Shown: positions 1 to 10,300, numbered from the stretch's first letter. The stretch: DNA of 15,183 nt from Coleofasciculus chthonoplastes F2-STO-03 (GCA_040222015.1 JAVJWO010000186.1:1-15183); one strand, 5' to 3'. The notes: generated by a model not told the origin, from the letters alone. Numbers and translations: made by a program.

Positions 1-604
1 CTGTTGAAAAGGAAATCGCAGCTACACAAACAAAGTCCGCCTGCGCGGACTAAATTAATCGCGTTATCGTCAACCCAATTTGTAGGGGCGGGTTTAGGGA
101 CTAACATATCAAAACATAACCGATAACTTTCGTACAAAACCTGCCCTCCCACTGTTGAAAAGGAAATCGCAGCTACACAAACCAAGTCCGCCTGCGCGGA
201 CTAAATTAATCGCGTTATCGTCAACCCAATTTGTAGGGGCGGGTTTAGGAACTAACCTATCAAAACATAACCGATAACTTTCGTGCAAAACCCGCCCTTC
301 CACTGTTGAAAAGGAAATCGCAGCTACACAAACCAAGTCCGCCTGCGCGGACTAAATTAATCGCGTTATCGTAAACCCAATCTGTAGGGGCGGGTTTAGG
401 GACTAACATATCAAAACATAACCGATAACTTTCGTACAAAACCCGCCCTTCCACTGTTGAAAAGGAAATCGCAGCTACACAAACAAAGTCCGCCTGCGCG
501 GACTAAATTAATCGCGTTATCGTCAACCCAATTTGTAGGGGCGGGTTTAGGAACTAACCTATCAAAACAGAACCGATAACTTTCGTGCAAAACCCGCCCT
601 TCCA
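1..604. repeat. Tandem array of 151-bp composite palindromic units (4 copies visible, probably truncated by the window edge); BIME/REP-like
   Basis: Units start at 1, 152, 303 and 454 with CTGTTGAAAAGGAAATCGCAGCTACAC and differ at only a few sites. Each contains an AGTCCGC-CT-GCGCGGACT hairpin and an inverted pair GTAGGGGCGGGTTT...AAACCCGCCC. Confidence 0.95.
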
Positions 605-669
605 CAGCCTGCGATCGCGTCTTTCCTGTCTGTTGTCTGAATAGTAGGATGGGTCAGCATTTGAGCGGC

Positions 670-3321
670 TCATGAATTGGGCGCGTCTGGTGGTGGATTG
701 GGTGGGGAAAGCGATAGCAGTTGCTTTAACCCTTTTGGCACATTGTAGGCTGTTTCTAATCCTCGCACGTTTTCCCAGTTGGTGTGTTCATCCCAGGTAA
801 TACCGTCTAAGTCTACGCCACTGAGATTAGCATCACTGAGGTTGGCATCAAGGAGGTTAGCTAATTTTAAGTCGGCATCGTTGAGGTTGGCGTTGTTGAA
901 ATTTGCGCCCATGAGGTTTGCACAATTTAATTCTGCGTCGTTGAGATTTGCGCTGCTGAGGTTTGCCTGGATAAGGTTTGTCAAGTTGAGGTCTGCGTTG
1001 CTGAGGTCTGCGTTGCTGAGGTCTGCGTCGATAAGGTTTGCCATTTTCAGATCTGCACCAATGAGGTTAGCCTCGCTGAGATTTGCACCAAGGAGGTTAG
1101 CACCAATGAGATTGGCATTTTTAAGGTTTACGTCAGAGAAGTATGTACCTCTAAGATCTGCACTACTGAGATCTACACCGTTAAGGTTTACACAGTTGAG
1201 GAATGGACGAACTGTTAATACAAAAGTGAAATATTTAACGCTATTGCTATCATCAAGCAACGCCATCATATACTCGACTATTTCCCAGGTCAGTCCCCCA
1301 TAACCCAGTAAATCGTACACTTCCTCGGCTAACTTTTCCCGGCTAACCAGAAAACCTCCACGTCTGCGGCGCGGTTCAACTAATACCCACTCTTTCAAAC
1401 TTTCAACTAACCGCTGGGCGCATAAAAACTCAGCAAAACTTTTATGGACAAACTCCACCGCTCCTTCTGTTACACCAGCAGCAGAAGCGGGTCGTAGATA
1501 AAACGCTGCTAGCGCATTTCTCAAGGGATTATCACCAATGCGTTCTCGTGCCTTTTCTAATAAGTTTCTGGCTTGATCATCTCCCTTGAGACGTTCCTCA
1601 ATCATTGCAATTGAAGTCCACTCTCCACCCGATTGGGTAACACATAACCCCGCTTCTGTTAGAATGCGCCGCAAGCCTTCTGTCTCCTGTTCGGTGAGTT
1701 CCAGATTCAGTTCTTGAGAACGCTGCTGAGTCAGTACCCAATCTAAAGCTTTTTGATAAATTAACACTTTAGCATCAGCGCGGCTGGTTCCCTCAAACAT
1801 TTCTAAGGATATTTCATCATCCCGATGCATCGCGGCTAAAAGGTAAAGCAATAGCGGTTCTCGCGCCAATTCCTTCACCCGTTCCGGGCAGTTTTGATCC
1901 TGTAAAAACTCCCCAAATGCGTTAGCTTTATCCTCACCCACTAAATTTGACCATTTCCCCAACCATTGCTGCTGGAGTTGGTCATTCATTAGGGCAATTT
2001 CTACCCGTTCTAAATTGCGAGGTAGAAATTGTTCAATCCCATGTAATGCTAATTCTCGACCCGTGACTAAAAACCGATGTCCCAGTTGGGAATTTTGCTG
2101 ACAACTGGTTTGAAAATTTCCCACCTGTTTGAGAAACTTTTCAATCCCGCCTGTGGTTCTCCCCTCCATTCGCAATTCATCAAATCCATCCAGGACGAAT
2201 AAAAATCGGGTATTGCGGTCAGTTAACCAGCCGTCATCACTCTTAACAAAATCTGCCTTAACCGCAGCGCGGAGGGTATTTTCGATATTGTTTTCAAAGG
2301 CATCAATATCCCGGAGTCGAATCAGAATCGGTGTCCAGATGGGATGAAGATGTTCTCGCACCCAATTAGCAAACATGCGACAAAAGACACTTTTTACTCG
2401 TCCGGGTTTCGCTTGAATAAATAGGACTTGACCCTGTTTATCCGGGTTCGTAAGCTGTTCTTTTGCCCATTGTTCTAAATTAACCGGATTTGCTTGTTTA
2501 TCAATTTTGCCGTTTTTATCGACTAAATGGGCTTCCAGTGGCACATAGATATCCGGAAGCGTGAAATTTTCACCCAATACTTTCCACTGGCTTTGTAATA
2601 GAGGATTATTGGTATGAGGAGATATTTGTTCAGTTAAATAGGATTCAATGCTGCTATATTTCTGGGTTGCTTGAGTTTCCCGTGCGGCGGTGCGGGTTAA
2701 TTGTAGAGGTTTGGTAATCGTCTCTGATTCGTAGGATAGTAACTTATTAATTATCGGATAGATTCCCCAGGCTACCCATCCGGTTACAATAGGAATATTG
2801 TACTGATTTAATCCCGCTTGCTTTAAGTATTCTGATAATTGTTGATTTAAAGCCTGTCCTAACCGGGATTCGGGAAAATAGGTTAAAGCGTCTTCAATTA
2901 ATTTCTGGTCAAGTTGAAGTTCTCCAAGCTGATCCAATTGTGACTTAGCCGCTTGATTCGATATCCCAGAACCGATTTTTTGCTGTAGCCAATCATTTTC
3001 ACGCACCAATTGATCGAAGCTTTCCAGATACGCTAAAGGAAACGCGATCGCAGCCCACTCTTCTAACTTTGTCGTTCCCTTCGCCTTATCACGATACAGG
3101 TTCACCCCTTTGCGAGCAAGCCCCACAAACGACAACCCAGCCGGGATCGCCGCCATAGGTGCGGCTGGCGTTCCCAATAAACCTAGCGCGATCGCTAATT
3201 CTAACCCAGCTTTGGAAACCTCTGCGCCAGCCTCGGCAATTTCTCCCGGTTTCCCTAAATCCCGGATATCAGTATTGAGAAGCGTATTGAGAAGCTGCCA
3301 AACCTGCTTAATTTTTGTCAT
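670..3321 (-). CDS. NACHT-type STAND NTPase with C-terminal pentapeptide repeats
   Basis: 883-aa ORF with LPDIYVPL pre-P-loop motif, P-loop region FIQAKPGRVKS, Walker B FLFVLDGFDE, LVTGR sensor, PLLL, EFVHKSFAEFLCA, and a C-terminal A(N/D)Lxx pentapeptide tract. GGGAGAGG lies upstream of the ATG. Confidence 0.9.
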   Translation of the reverse strand: MTKIKQVWQLLNTLLNTDIRDLGKPGEIAEAGAEVSKAGLELAIALGLLGTPAAPMAAIPAGLSFVGLARKGVNLYRDKAKGTTKLEEWAAIAFPLAYLESFDQLVRENDWLQQKIGSGISNQAAKSQLDQLGELQLDQKLIEDALTYFPESRLGQALNQQLSEYLKQAGLNQYNIPIVTGWVAWGIYPIINKLLSYESETITKPLQLTRTAARETQATQKYSSIESYLTEQISPHTNNPLLQSQWKVLGENFTLPDIYVPLEAHLVDKNGKIDKQANPVNLEQWAKEQLTNPDKQGQVLFIQAKPGRVKSVFCRMFANWVREHLHPIWTPILIRLRDIDAFENNIENTLRAAVKADFVKSDDGWLTDRNTRFLFVLDGFDELRMEGRTTGGIEKFLKQVGNFQTSCQQNSQLGHRFLVTGRELALHGIEQFLPRNLERVEIALMNDQLQQQWLGKWSNLVGEDKANAFGEFLQDQNCPERVKELAREPLLLYLLAAMHRDDEISLEMFEGTSRADAKVLIYQKALDWVLTQQRSQELNLELTEQETEGLRRILTEAGLCVTQSGGEWTSIAMIEERLKGDDQARNLLEKARERIGDNPLRNALAAFYLRPASAAGVTEGAVEFVHKSFAEFLCAQRLVESLKEWVLVEPRRRRGGFLVSREKLAEEVYDLLGYGGLTWEIVEYMMALLDDSNSVKYFTFVLTVRPFLNCVNLNGVDLSSADLRGTYFSDVNLKNANLIGANLLGANLSEANLIGADLKMANLIDADLSNADLSNADLNLTNLIQANLSSANLNDAELNCANLMGANFNNANLNDADLKLANLLDANLSDANLSGVDLDGITWDEHTNWENVRGLETAYNVPKGLKQLLSLSPPNPPPDAPNS

Positions 3322-3399
3322 CGCTGATCAAGTATTAACCTCTCCCTTACAGGATAAATGATTCGGTTGGTTAATTGACTCGGATAAAGACCCCTACCC

Positions 3400-3434
3400 A
3401 AACCTCTCCCTAGCCCTCTCCTACAAGCAGGGGG
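3400..3434. repeat. Degenerate copy of a cyanobacterial intergenic palindromic repeat (CCCTCTCCTACAAG...AGGGG type)
   Basis: AACCTCTCCCTAGCCCTCTCCTACAAGCAGGGGG; imperfect hairpin. Family assignment is from recall only. Confidence 0.35.
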
Positions 3435-3785
3435 TGACAAAGGCGGATTTGGTATAAGACGAACTGGATAGTACAGCAGCATTTAGGAGTCAAGACATTG
3501 CTGGCATTGGGATGTCCATAAGTTAAATAGCGTCTTGACCAAAACTTCATAAAGTTCTGACACTTTCTTTATGGAAACTTTACCAAAAATAAAACAAAAG
3601 TTTATAAAATAAAGTTGAATTAAATTTTACTCTGTCGAAAAAATATCGGATTCATATTGTTTTCAGAAACAGGGTTAACGCAATTTAATTGCCGCAAGAA
3701 TTAATAGATAGGTGGGACGTTGCCTTCTTAGCATACATATCCAAGGGATAACCCAATATCAAACAATCACATTTGGAGCAAGTTG

Positions 3786-4652
3786 ATGAATTACATTTTT
3801 GGCACAGTTGGTGATGATTGGCTAGAAGGCACATCCAGTGATGATGTCATTTATGGAGGTGAAGGAACCAATCAGATTATAGCGAGATATGGCAATAATG
3901 AAATTTACGGCGGTTCGGCGGCTGATTGGATTACGGCTGGGGATGGCAATGACACGATTTATGCCAACGAAGGGGAAAATATAATTGATGCTGGAGGCGG
4001 CGATAACCTGATTTACGGGGGTTCGGCGGCTGATTGGATTACGGCTGGGGATGGCAATGACACGATTTATGCCAACGAAGGGGAAAATATAATTGATGCT
4101 GGAGGCGGCGATAACCTGATTTATGGGGGTTCGGCTGCTGATTGGATTACGGCTGGGGATGGCAATGACACGATTTATGCCAACGAAGGGGAAAATATAA
4201 TTGATGCTGGAGGCGGCGATAACCTGATTTATGGGGGTTCGGCGGCTGATACAATTACCACGGGATCGGGTGATGATATTATTTACGCGGGTGAAGGGGT
4301 AAACACGATTAATACTGGAGATGGAAATGACATTATTTACAGTGGTTCAGGTGATGATTTAATTAATGCAGGTAGAGGTCAAAATCAAATCTGGCTGGGC
4401 GGTGGACAGGATACCATTAGCTTAGAAATGTGGGGATCTAGTGAGATTAATAACTTTAACCCCTATCAAGACCAAATTGACTTGGGACTCTCCGATCTAC
4501 GCGGCGTAGTTTTGATAGGACTTGGCAATGATACAATGATCGGTTTAGGTAATCATTCGATTATGGCAACGCTGCATAATGTTGATGTTCAGACTGTGGC
4601 GGCTCATTCAACTGATATTTTTGGCGCAGAACTTACTCTGTTTTCCAGTTAA
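3786..4652 (+). CDS. Hemolysin-type (RTX-like) calcium-binding repeat protein, probable T1SS substrate
   Basis: Gly/Asp-rich nonapeptide repeats (AGDGNDTIY, GSGDDIIYA, GDGNDIIYS), no Sec signal, and a C-terminal INNFNPYQDQIDL motif typical of RTX C-termini. GGAG lies 7 nt before ATG 3786, which is preferred over TTG 3783. Confidence 0.88.
   Translation: MNYIFGTVGDDWLEGTSSDDVIYGGEGTNQIIARYGNNEIYGGSAADWITAGDGNDTIYANEGENIIDAGGGDNLIYGGSAADWITAGDGNDTIYANEGENIIDAGGGDNLIYGGSAADWITAGDGNDTIYANEGENIIDAGGGDNLIYGGSAADTITTGSGDDIIYAGEGVNTINTGDGNDIIYSGSGDDLINAGRGQNQIWLGGGQDTISLEMWGSSEINNFNPYQDQIDLGLSDLRGVVLIGLGNDTMIGLGNHSIMATLHNVDVQTVAAHSTDIFGAELTLFSS
3903..4250 (+). repeat. Intragenic 108-bp tandem repeat (about 3.2 near-identical copies, 36 aa each)
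   Basis: Units start at 3903, 4011, 4119 and 4227 (partial) and encode identical IYGGSAADWITAGDGNDTIYANEGENIIDAGGGDNL. Confidence 0.95.
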
Positions 4653-4734
4653 GCCTGTCCAGCGATCATCGGTCATCATACCAAATCCGGGTTCCGGGTT
4701 GACAGCCCCTTTTTATGCCAACCGCAAAAACATT

Positions 4735-4776
4735 GTAGAGACGTTGCAGTAGAGACGTTGCATGCAGCGTCTCTAC
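4735..4776. repeat. GTAG-type REP-like palindrome with a duplicated left half
   Basis: GTAGAGACGTTGCATGCAGCGTCTCTAC (4749-4776, one mismatch), preceded by a direct 14-bp copy GTAGAGACGTTGCA (4735-4748). Confidence 0.8.
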
Positions 4777-4833
4777 TGGTATATCTTGACATCTACAAAA
4801 ATTAGGATATGAATCGGACATCTCGCGATCGCG

Positions 4834-4866
4834 CCCAATGACGCCCCAATGACGCCCCAATGACGC
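4834..4866. repeat. 11-bp tandem repeat CCCAATGACGC x3 next to a HIP1 site
   Basis: Three exact copies at 4834, 4845 and 4856. Confidence 0.9.
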
Positions 4867-5183
4867 CAAGTGGTACTCAAGAAACCCAAGCGTGAGAGAT
4901 CGCTGGGTGGAAGTAGGTTGCATGTACACTCTTCATTCAGATTAGCGCATTACGCTTCTTACGGTGCAGCAATTTCAACTAGCTTTGTGAGCAGATGCAT
5001 CATCAGGATGATGCAAATGAGTTCACCACATTGATGTTGGGGGAGTCCAGTGTATCCCAACGCGCTCATCATAGATTACAGGGTGGGTCTTATTGCTCCC
5101 CCTTTCCCCCCACGATTAGATAAAATCTAGACAAGCTGGATGCAAACAAGGATTCCAGCCAACTCCTTTAAGATTTATTAAAG

Positions 5184-5420
5184 ATGATGAAACCTAAATT
5201 AGTCATAACCGCTATTTTGGCAACGAGCGCGATCGCAACAGGTGTGATGCTAGGTTCAGCTAGTTCCGCCCAATCCTGTAGCTATAGCAAGTATGAGTCC
5301 TCTCACCGAAAAGAAGCCCAGCTAGACTGGTTGCGATCGCCTTGGGCTATCGTGATCACCTTACCTGGAATCGCCTTGGCAACAGCCCTGTCTAGAGGTG
5401 GGCGTTCCTACGACAGTTAA
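5184..5420 (+). CDS. Small hypothetical membrane/exported protein
   Basis: 78 aa with a basic N-terminus and hydrophobic signal-like stretch (MMKPKLVITAILATSAIATGVMLGSASSAQS), a second hydrophobic segment (PWAIVITLPGIALATAL) and a basic tail. Start may be 5187. Confidence 0.7.
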   Translation: MMKPKLVITAILATSAIATGVMLGSASSAQSCSYSKYESSHRKEAQLDWLRSPWAIVITLPGIALATALSRGGRSYDS

Positions 5421-5587
5421 TCCGGGACATATCGCGTGTAGACGACAACAACTTAACTCGCTCCTAAACCATTATCCCAGACCTTACCCATTTTCTGATA
5501 CTCCCGCTTAGTTCCCTGGAGTAGAGGGGACATGGTCACGGGACATTGTAATATTCCCTCCACAATTTGACAGGAATTATCGCGGTT

Positions 5588-5754
5588 GTAGGGGCGAGTC
5601 GCTGCATATCCTAGGCAGTGTGAGAAGTAACCTATCTCGACTCGCCCTTTTCTAACGGTATGTGGTTTCTGATAATTACCGATACCCAGCGCAGGGCGAG
5701 CCGATCGCATTAAGGGCTGAGCGGTGTGAATTGAATGCGGCGGCTCGCCCCTAC
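5588..5754. repeat. Two GTAG-type REP-like inverted pairs (BIME-like element) downstream of hlyD
   Basis: GTAGGGGCGAGTCG...CGACTCGCCC (5588-5647) and GGGCGAGCCG...CGGCTCGCCCCTAC (5694-5754). The outer ends GTAGGGGCGAG/CTCGCCCCTAC are exact inverted repeats. Confidence 0.75.
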
Positions 5755-5838
5755 CATTGTCTTTATGTAGGGCTTGCTGCATGAATATGGTGCGCATGGA
5801 GGACTTCTGTCGCTGACTGATAACGTTGCTTAACTTTT

Positions 5839-7296
5839 TTATCGTACAGTTTTGAGACTATCAATTTTCCGCATAAACAAGTCGCTGAAGATACTAATTA
5901 CAGGACGCTTGCGGACTTTAATATTAGCGCTGATTGACATCCCCGATTGTAAGGGAATTTCTTTTCCATTGACAGATATGGTTTGTCTATCCATGCGAAT
6001 TTCCGCTGGGAAACGATAGAACGGGTAGACTTCATTGGGCGGTAAAGCATCAGAACCAATCTGGACTAAATTGCCTTTGACATCCCCAAATTCGCTATAG
6101 GGGAAGGAATCAACCCTGACATCCACGGACATTCCTTCATTGACAAAACCAATGTCTTGGTTAGTGATATAAACTTTGGCAACGAGTGTGTCATTCGGGA
6201 CAATTTTCAGCACGGGCTCACTGGTGTTTGCCACAAATTCAGGACTGGCTTGCAGGTCAAACACTATGCCACTTTCAGGTGCATGTAATTCCTGATTGGT
6301 TAACGTTACCTGGATTTGGCTGAGTTGACTCTCGATTTCTTGGAGACGTTTTTGGTTTTCAACAATAATTTTGGTGAGTTGGCTGTCAATTTCGGCAATC
6401 CGTTGTTCGTTTTGAGCAATTTGCGTTCGCAGTTCTTCTTCCGATAGCGCCATGGTGTTCTGTTTGCGTTCCTGGGCTTGCTCGATCGCTTTCTCTAACC
6501 GTTCCTGTTCTTTCTGGAGACGGGCTACTTCGGCGGCGCTGCTGTCGGTGTCTTGTTTCTGACGCAGATACTGGAGTTCGCCGAATGCTCCTTCTCGCCA
6601 CAGCTTTTCTAGGCGATCGGTAATTTGTCGGTTAAAGGCTAACACTTGTTCAGCATCGGCAAGTTGGATTTGGGTTTGAGTGAATTGTCGGTTGAGTTGT
6701 TCGACTTCTAAATCGGCTGCCGCAACGCGAGAGTTATACTCGTTTTGGCTTGCCTGTAAACGTTGCTGTTGGGCTAGAGTTAATCCGGCTGGATTTCCCG
6801 TGAGTTGGGCTTGATAGTACCGATTTTCTGCCACTAAAGCCGCCCGATTTTTGGTAAGTGAGGCAATTTGGGGCGGGAGTTTCTCTGGCAGATTTTCGGG
6901 GTCAATGGGAACGGCTTTGCCCGTCATCTGAGCCTGATAAAATTGATTTTCTTGCATCAAAGCGGCGCGAATTTGCTGGAGCGATTTAAATTGAGCTTGA
7001 GCCGCTGTTTGGTCAAAAGTGAGTAGGGTATCCCCTTTTTCGACGCGATCGCCTTCTTCAACCTCCACCGATTTAACCACCCCACCTTGAGGGGCTTGGA
7101 CTTCCTTGACGGCGGCTTTGGGTTCGAGTTTGCCTTGGGCGGGAATGGCTTCTTCAATTTTCGCGAAACACGCCCAGGTGACGCTTAATGTCGTCACCCC
7201 AATAATCGCTACCACAATCATTCGGGGCCACAGGGGAGATTGTTGCAGGATAACGGGTTGATCAAATTCTGGGGGTTGATTGGTTTCATTCGTCAT
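5839..7296 (-). CDS. hlyD: HlyD-family type I secretion periplasmic adaptor (membrane fusion protein)
   Basis: N-terminal TM helix, lipoyl-like halves (VQAPQGGVVKSVEVEEGDRVEKGDTLL; LHAPESGIVFDL), long coiled coil, and C-terminal DIGFV...VDSFPYSEFG...LQSGM beta-barrel. Confidence 0.93.
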   Translation of the reverse strand: MTNETNQPPEFDQPVILQQSPLWPRMIVVAIIGVTTLSVTWACFAKIEEAIPAQGKLEPKAAVKEVQAPQGGVVKSVEVEEGDRVEKGDTLLTFDQTAAQAQFKSLQQIRAALMQENQFYQAQMTGKAVPIDPENLPEKLPPQIASLTKNRAALVAENRYYQAQLTGNPAGLTLAQQQRLQASQNEYNSRVAAADLEVEQLNRQFTQTQIQLADAEQVLAFNRQITDRLEKLWREGAFGELQYLRQKQDTDSSAAEVARLQKEQERLEKAIEQAQERKQNTMALSEEELRTQIAQNEQRIAEIDSQLTKIIVENQKRLQEIESQLSQIQVTLTNQELHAPESGIVFDLQASPEFVANTSEPVLKIVPNDTLVAKVYITNQDIGFVNEGMSVDVRVDSFPYSEFGDVKGNLVQIGSDALPPNEVYPFYRFPAEIRMDRQTISVNGKEIPLQSGMSISANIKVRKRPVISIFSDLFMRKIDSLKTVR

Positions 7297-7326
7297 TGGT
7301 CATTCATCTTATGTCATTCGTCACTG
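7285..7326. repeat. STRR-like heptamer tract (GTCATTC/GTCATTG) at the hlyD start
   Basis: TTCATTC GTCATTG GTCATTC ... GTCATTC GTCACTG. A similar short tract lies near 11416-11432. Confidence 0.55.
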
Positions 7327-7387
7327 TTTCGGGTCAAACAACTTTTTTCATCTTGAGGACTTAGAAAAAACAAAGGACATAAGACCA

Positions 7388-10300
7388 TCAAAGTTGAGCA
7401 TCTTGCTGTTGATAGAGGCAGTAGTAGCGCCCTTGCAGTGCCATCAGTTCGCCATGGGTTCCTTGTTCAACCACTGATCCTTTATCCATCATTAAAATGA
7501 TGTCGCTGTTGCGAATGGTAGTTAAACGGTGGGTAATGAAAAAGACAGTGCGTCCTTTGAAGGCTTCAATTAAATTTAAACAAACTTGCCGTTCGGTGTC
7601 ATAGTCAAGGGCGCTGGTGGCTTCGTCTAGAATTAAAAGTCGCGGATTTTGCAGTACCGTGCGGGCAATGGCAATTCGCTGGCGTTGTCCTCCTGATAGG
7701 GATGATCCCCGCTCCCCGACTCTTGTATTGTAACCACTAGACAACCCCATAATAAACTCATGAGCGGCGGCGACTTTAGCGGCGGCAATAATTTCCTCGG
7801 CGCTAGCATCAGGATTGGTGAGGGCAATATTATCTTGTACCGTACCATCAAACAGCAGACTATCCTGGGGTACAATCCCTACCTGACGACGCAGAGAATA
7901 GAGTTCAACTTTGGAGATATCATAGTTGTCGATCAGAATTCTCCCTGAATCAACATCATAGAGACGGGGTAACAGTTTCATTAATGTACTCTTACCGGAA
8001 CCACTTTGACCGACAATCCCGACAAATATGCCAGCCGGAAAATGCAGGTTAATATTGGTTAATTGCCAAGGACCACTGGTGCCAAAGCGGAAGGAGAGAT
8101 TTTCATACTCCACTTCCCCTTTAATCGCAGGCATAGGAATATTTAAGCGATCCGCCTCATCCGCTTCTTGGGGGCTATCTACAATATCACTCAACCGTTC
8201 TAAAGATAGCGCCGTTTCTTGGAAATTCTGCCACAGTTGGGCTAATCGGAGTAAGGGACTGGTAACATAGCCGGAAATAATCCGGAACGCGATTAATTGC
8301 CCTAGGGTTAATTGTCCATCTAAAACCAGATAAGCACCCACCCACAGCACTAACAACGCCGAGAGTTTATTCAAGAAATTACTCGCTGAACCCGCCGTTG
8401 TCGAGGTAAGCACCGTCTTGAACCCCGCCGATACATACCGGGCATAGCGTTCCTGCCATTGCCAGCGCGTTCGCAATTCGATGTTTTGCGCTTTTACCGT
8501 TTGAATCCCAGACATGACTTCGACTAAATAGGATTGCGTCTGGGCGTTCCGTTCAGCTTTAACCCGCAGTTGGCGACGGACAATCGGTGACACAATTACG
8601 GTTAACAACACAAACAGGGGAATAATCCCCAAGGAGACAATGGTTAGCACCCAGCTATAAATAAACATGACCACGATGTACAACACGGAAAACACCGCAT
8701 CTAACACCACCGTCAACGCCGTTCCCGTAAGAAACTGACGAATATTTTCCAACTCATTAATTCGACTCGCCAGTTCCCCCACGGGACGCTTTTCAAAATA
8801 CCGCAACGGTAAGCGGACTAAGTGGTCAATAATCTCCGATCCCAGATGCATATCAATCCGGTTCGTCGTATCCACAAATAGATACGTGCGGAAACTGGTT
8901 AATAGCGCCTCAAAAACGGCAATAATGACCAGGAAAAACCCCAGTACATGCAGTGTATCAATACTGTTCTGTACAATCACCTTATCGATGATCACTTGGA
9001 TCATCAACGGATTCGCCAGTCCAAATAGCTGCACAAAAAAGGAGGCGATAAACACCAAAATTAAGACGCGGCGATAGCGTACCAGAGACGGGAGAAACCA
9101 TTGCAAGCCAAACCGTTGTTGCGGCGTGTGCTTTGTCCGTTGTACCAGCAGCACCGGGATCGCTTCCGGTGACTGCCCGTCTTCGCTTCTCGGTAAACTA
9201 TCCAGTAAATCAGCAGGTTTGCGGCGGACAATCCCCAATTCTGGCACGCCCAGCAGCAATTCCCGGGGCTTGGCTTCATAGAGAACGGCAAAGCCTTCAT
9301 ACCAAGGAACCAGGGCGGGGGTTTGCAGGCGACTAATCGATTGGGGCGGTACATTTACCAATTGGGCATGTAAACCGATTAAATCCGCCACCGCCCCACA
9401 CAGGGGTAACGACAGCCCCCCGGTGCGCTGCATCTGTTCATTAAGTACCCGACGGATCACATCGCGGCGAAAGGGCATTTCTAAATGCTTACTCAGCATT
9501 TGGAAACAGGCTAGGGTACCATCGAGGAGTCCTTTCCCTCGGACATGGGGATATTTGCGGCGTTGGTCAGAGGTTTGATCTACGTCCTCTGTGGCTTCTG
9601 GCGGTTTATCAGGGGCATAGGGGATACTCTCGTTGCCATTGTTATCATCCAGCCAAGGGTCATCGTCGGTGGTTAGGGGGGTTTGTTCGCCAACTACTGT
9701 CACTGGGGTAGTGGGAGGTTCGGTTTCAGGTTCCCCGACTAAATCCGATTCGCGAAAGCCGACAATCCGGGCGGGGGTAGATCCTTGGATGTCCAATCCC
9801 TGAGAAATTGCCTCTGGCGTCAGCCGACTTCCCACGAGAAAATCTTTGACGACACTCCCGCCACTGACAAACCACACCCGATCTGGCGTCAGCAGTTCCG
9901 TGGCGTCAGTCATGGGATAGAGGTAACGCACCTGGGCATCTTGGTAAGCGTTTTTTGCCAGTTCTTTGAGATTCATAATCCCACTGGCTTGGCGTACCAA
10001 CTCCGCGCCAATTAACTCGAAGGCTTCGATGACACTGCACTGGTTTTGGAACGCGGCGGTAGCGGTGGGTTCCTGTGCCATCAGCGCTAAAAACTGACCC
10101 GTGGGGATGGTTAAGCAGACTGCCTCCGTTGATGCGATCGCGGTTTCACAAGGGATACCCCGTATCACACTCACCCAACCCAGAATCGCGCCCGGTTTCA
10201 ACAAGTCTAGGGTGACAGGTTTTTGCGTGGTTTGTTCGTAGCTTAAAAGACGCGCCTTTCCCTCATAGAGAATCGAGATTTGAGAGGGCATTTTGTCTCG

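Noticed and set aside
1..604. CRISPR array
   Set aside because: The whole 151-bp unit repeats, with no unique spacers and no cas genes in the window.
109..605. Three similar 64-75 aa ORFs in the array
   Set aside because: Each copy falls in a different frame of a palindromic repeat whose period is not a multiple of 3; these are by-products of the repeat.
780..1200. Pentapeptide tract as a diversity-generating retroelement target
   Set aside because: No second copy differing at adenines and no reverse transcriptase in the window.
779..1303. 174-aa plus-strand ORF with LRSAL/LRFA repeats
   Set aside because: Antisense shadow of the pentapeptide-repeat codons.
4666..4929. 87-aa ORF
   Set aside because: Runs across the REP-like palindrome and 11-bp repeats; VETLHATSL is a typical repeat translation.
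5453..5797. 114-aa ORF downstream of hlyD
   Set aside because: Largely made of REP-like inverted repeats, with no recognisable protein features.
9130..9550. Active C39 peptidase implying a bacteriocin/RiPP exporter
   Set aside because: Catalytic Cys and His positions are substituted, and no double-glycine precursor is evident.
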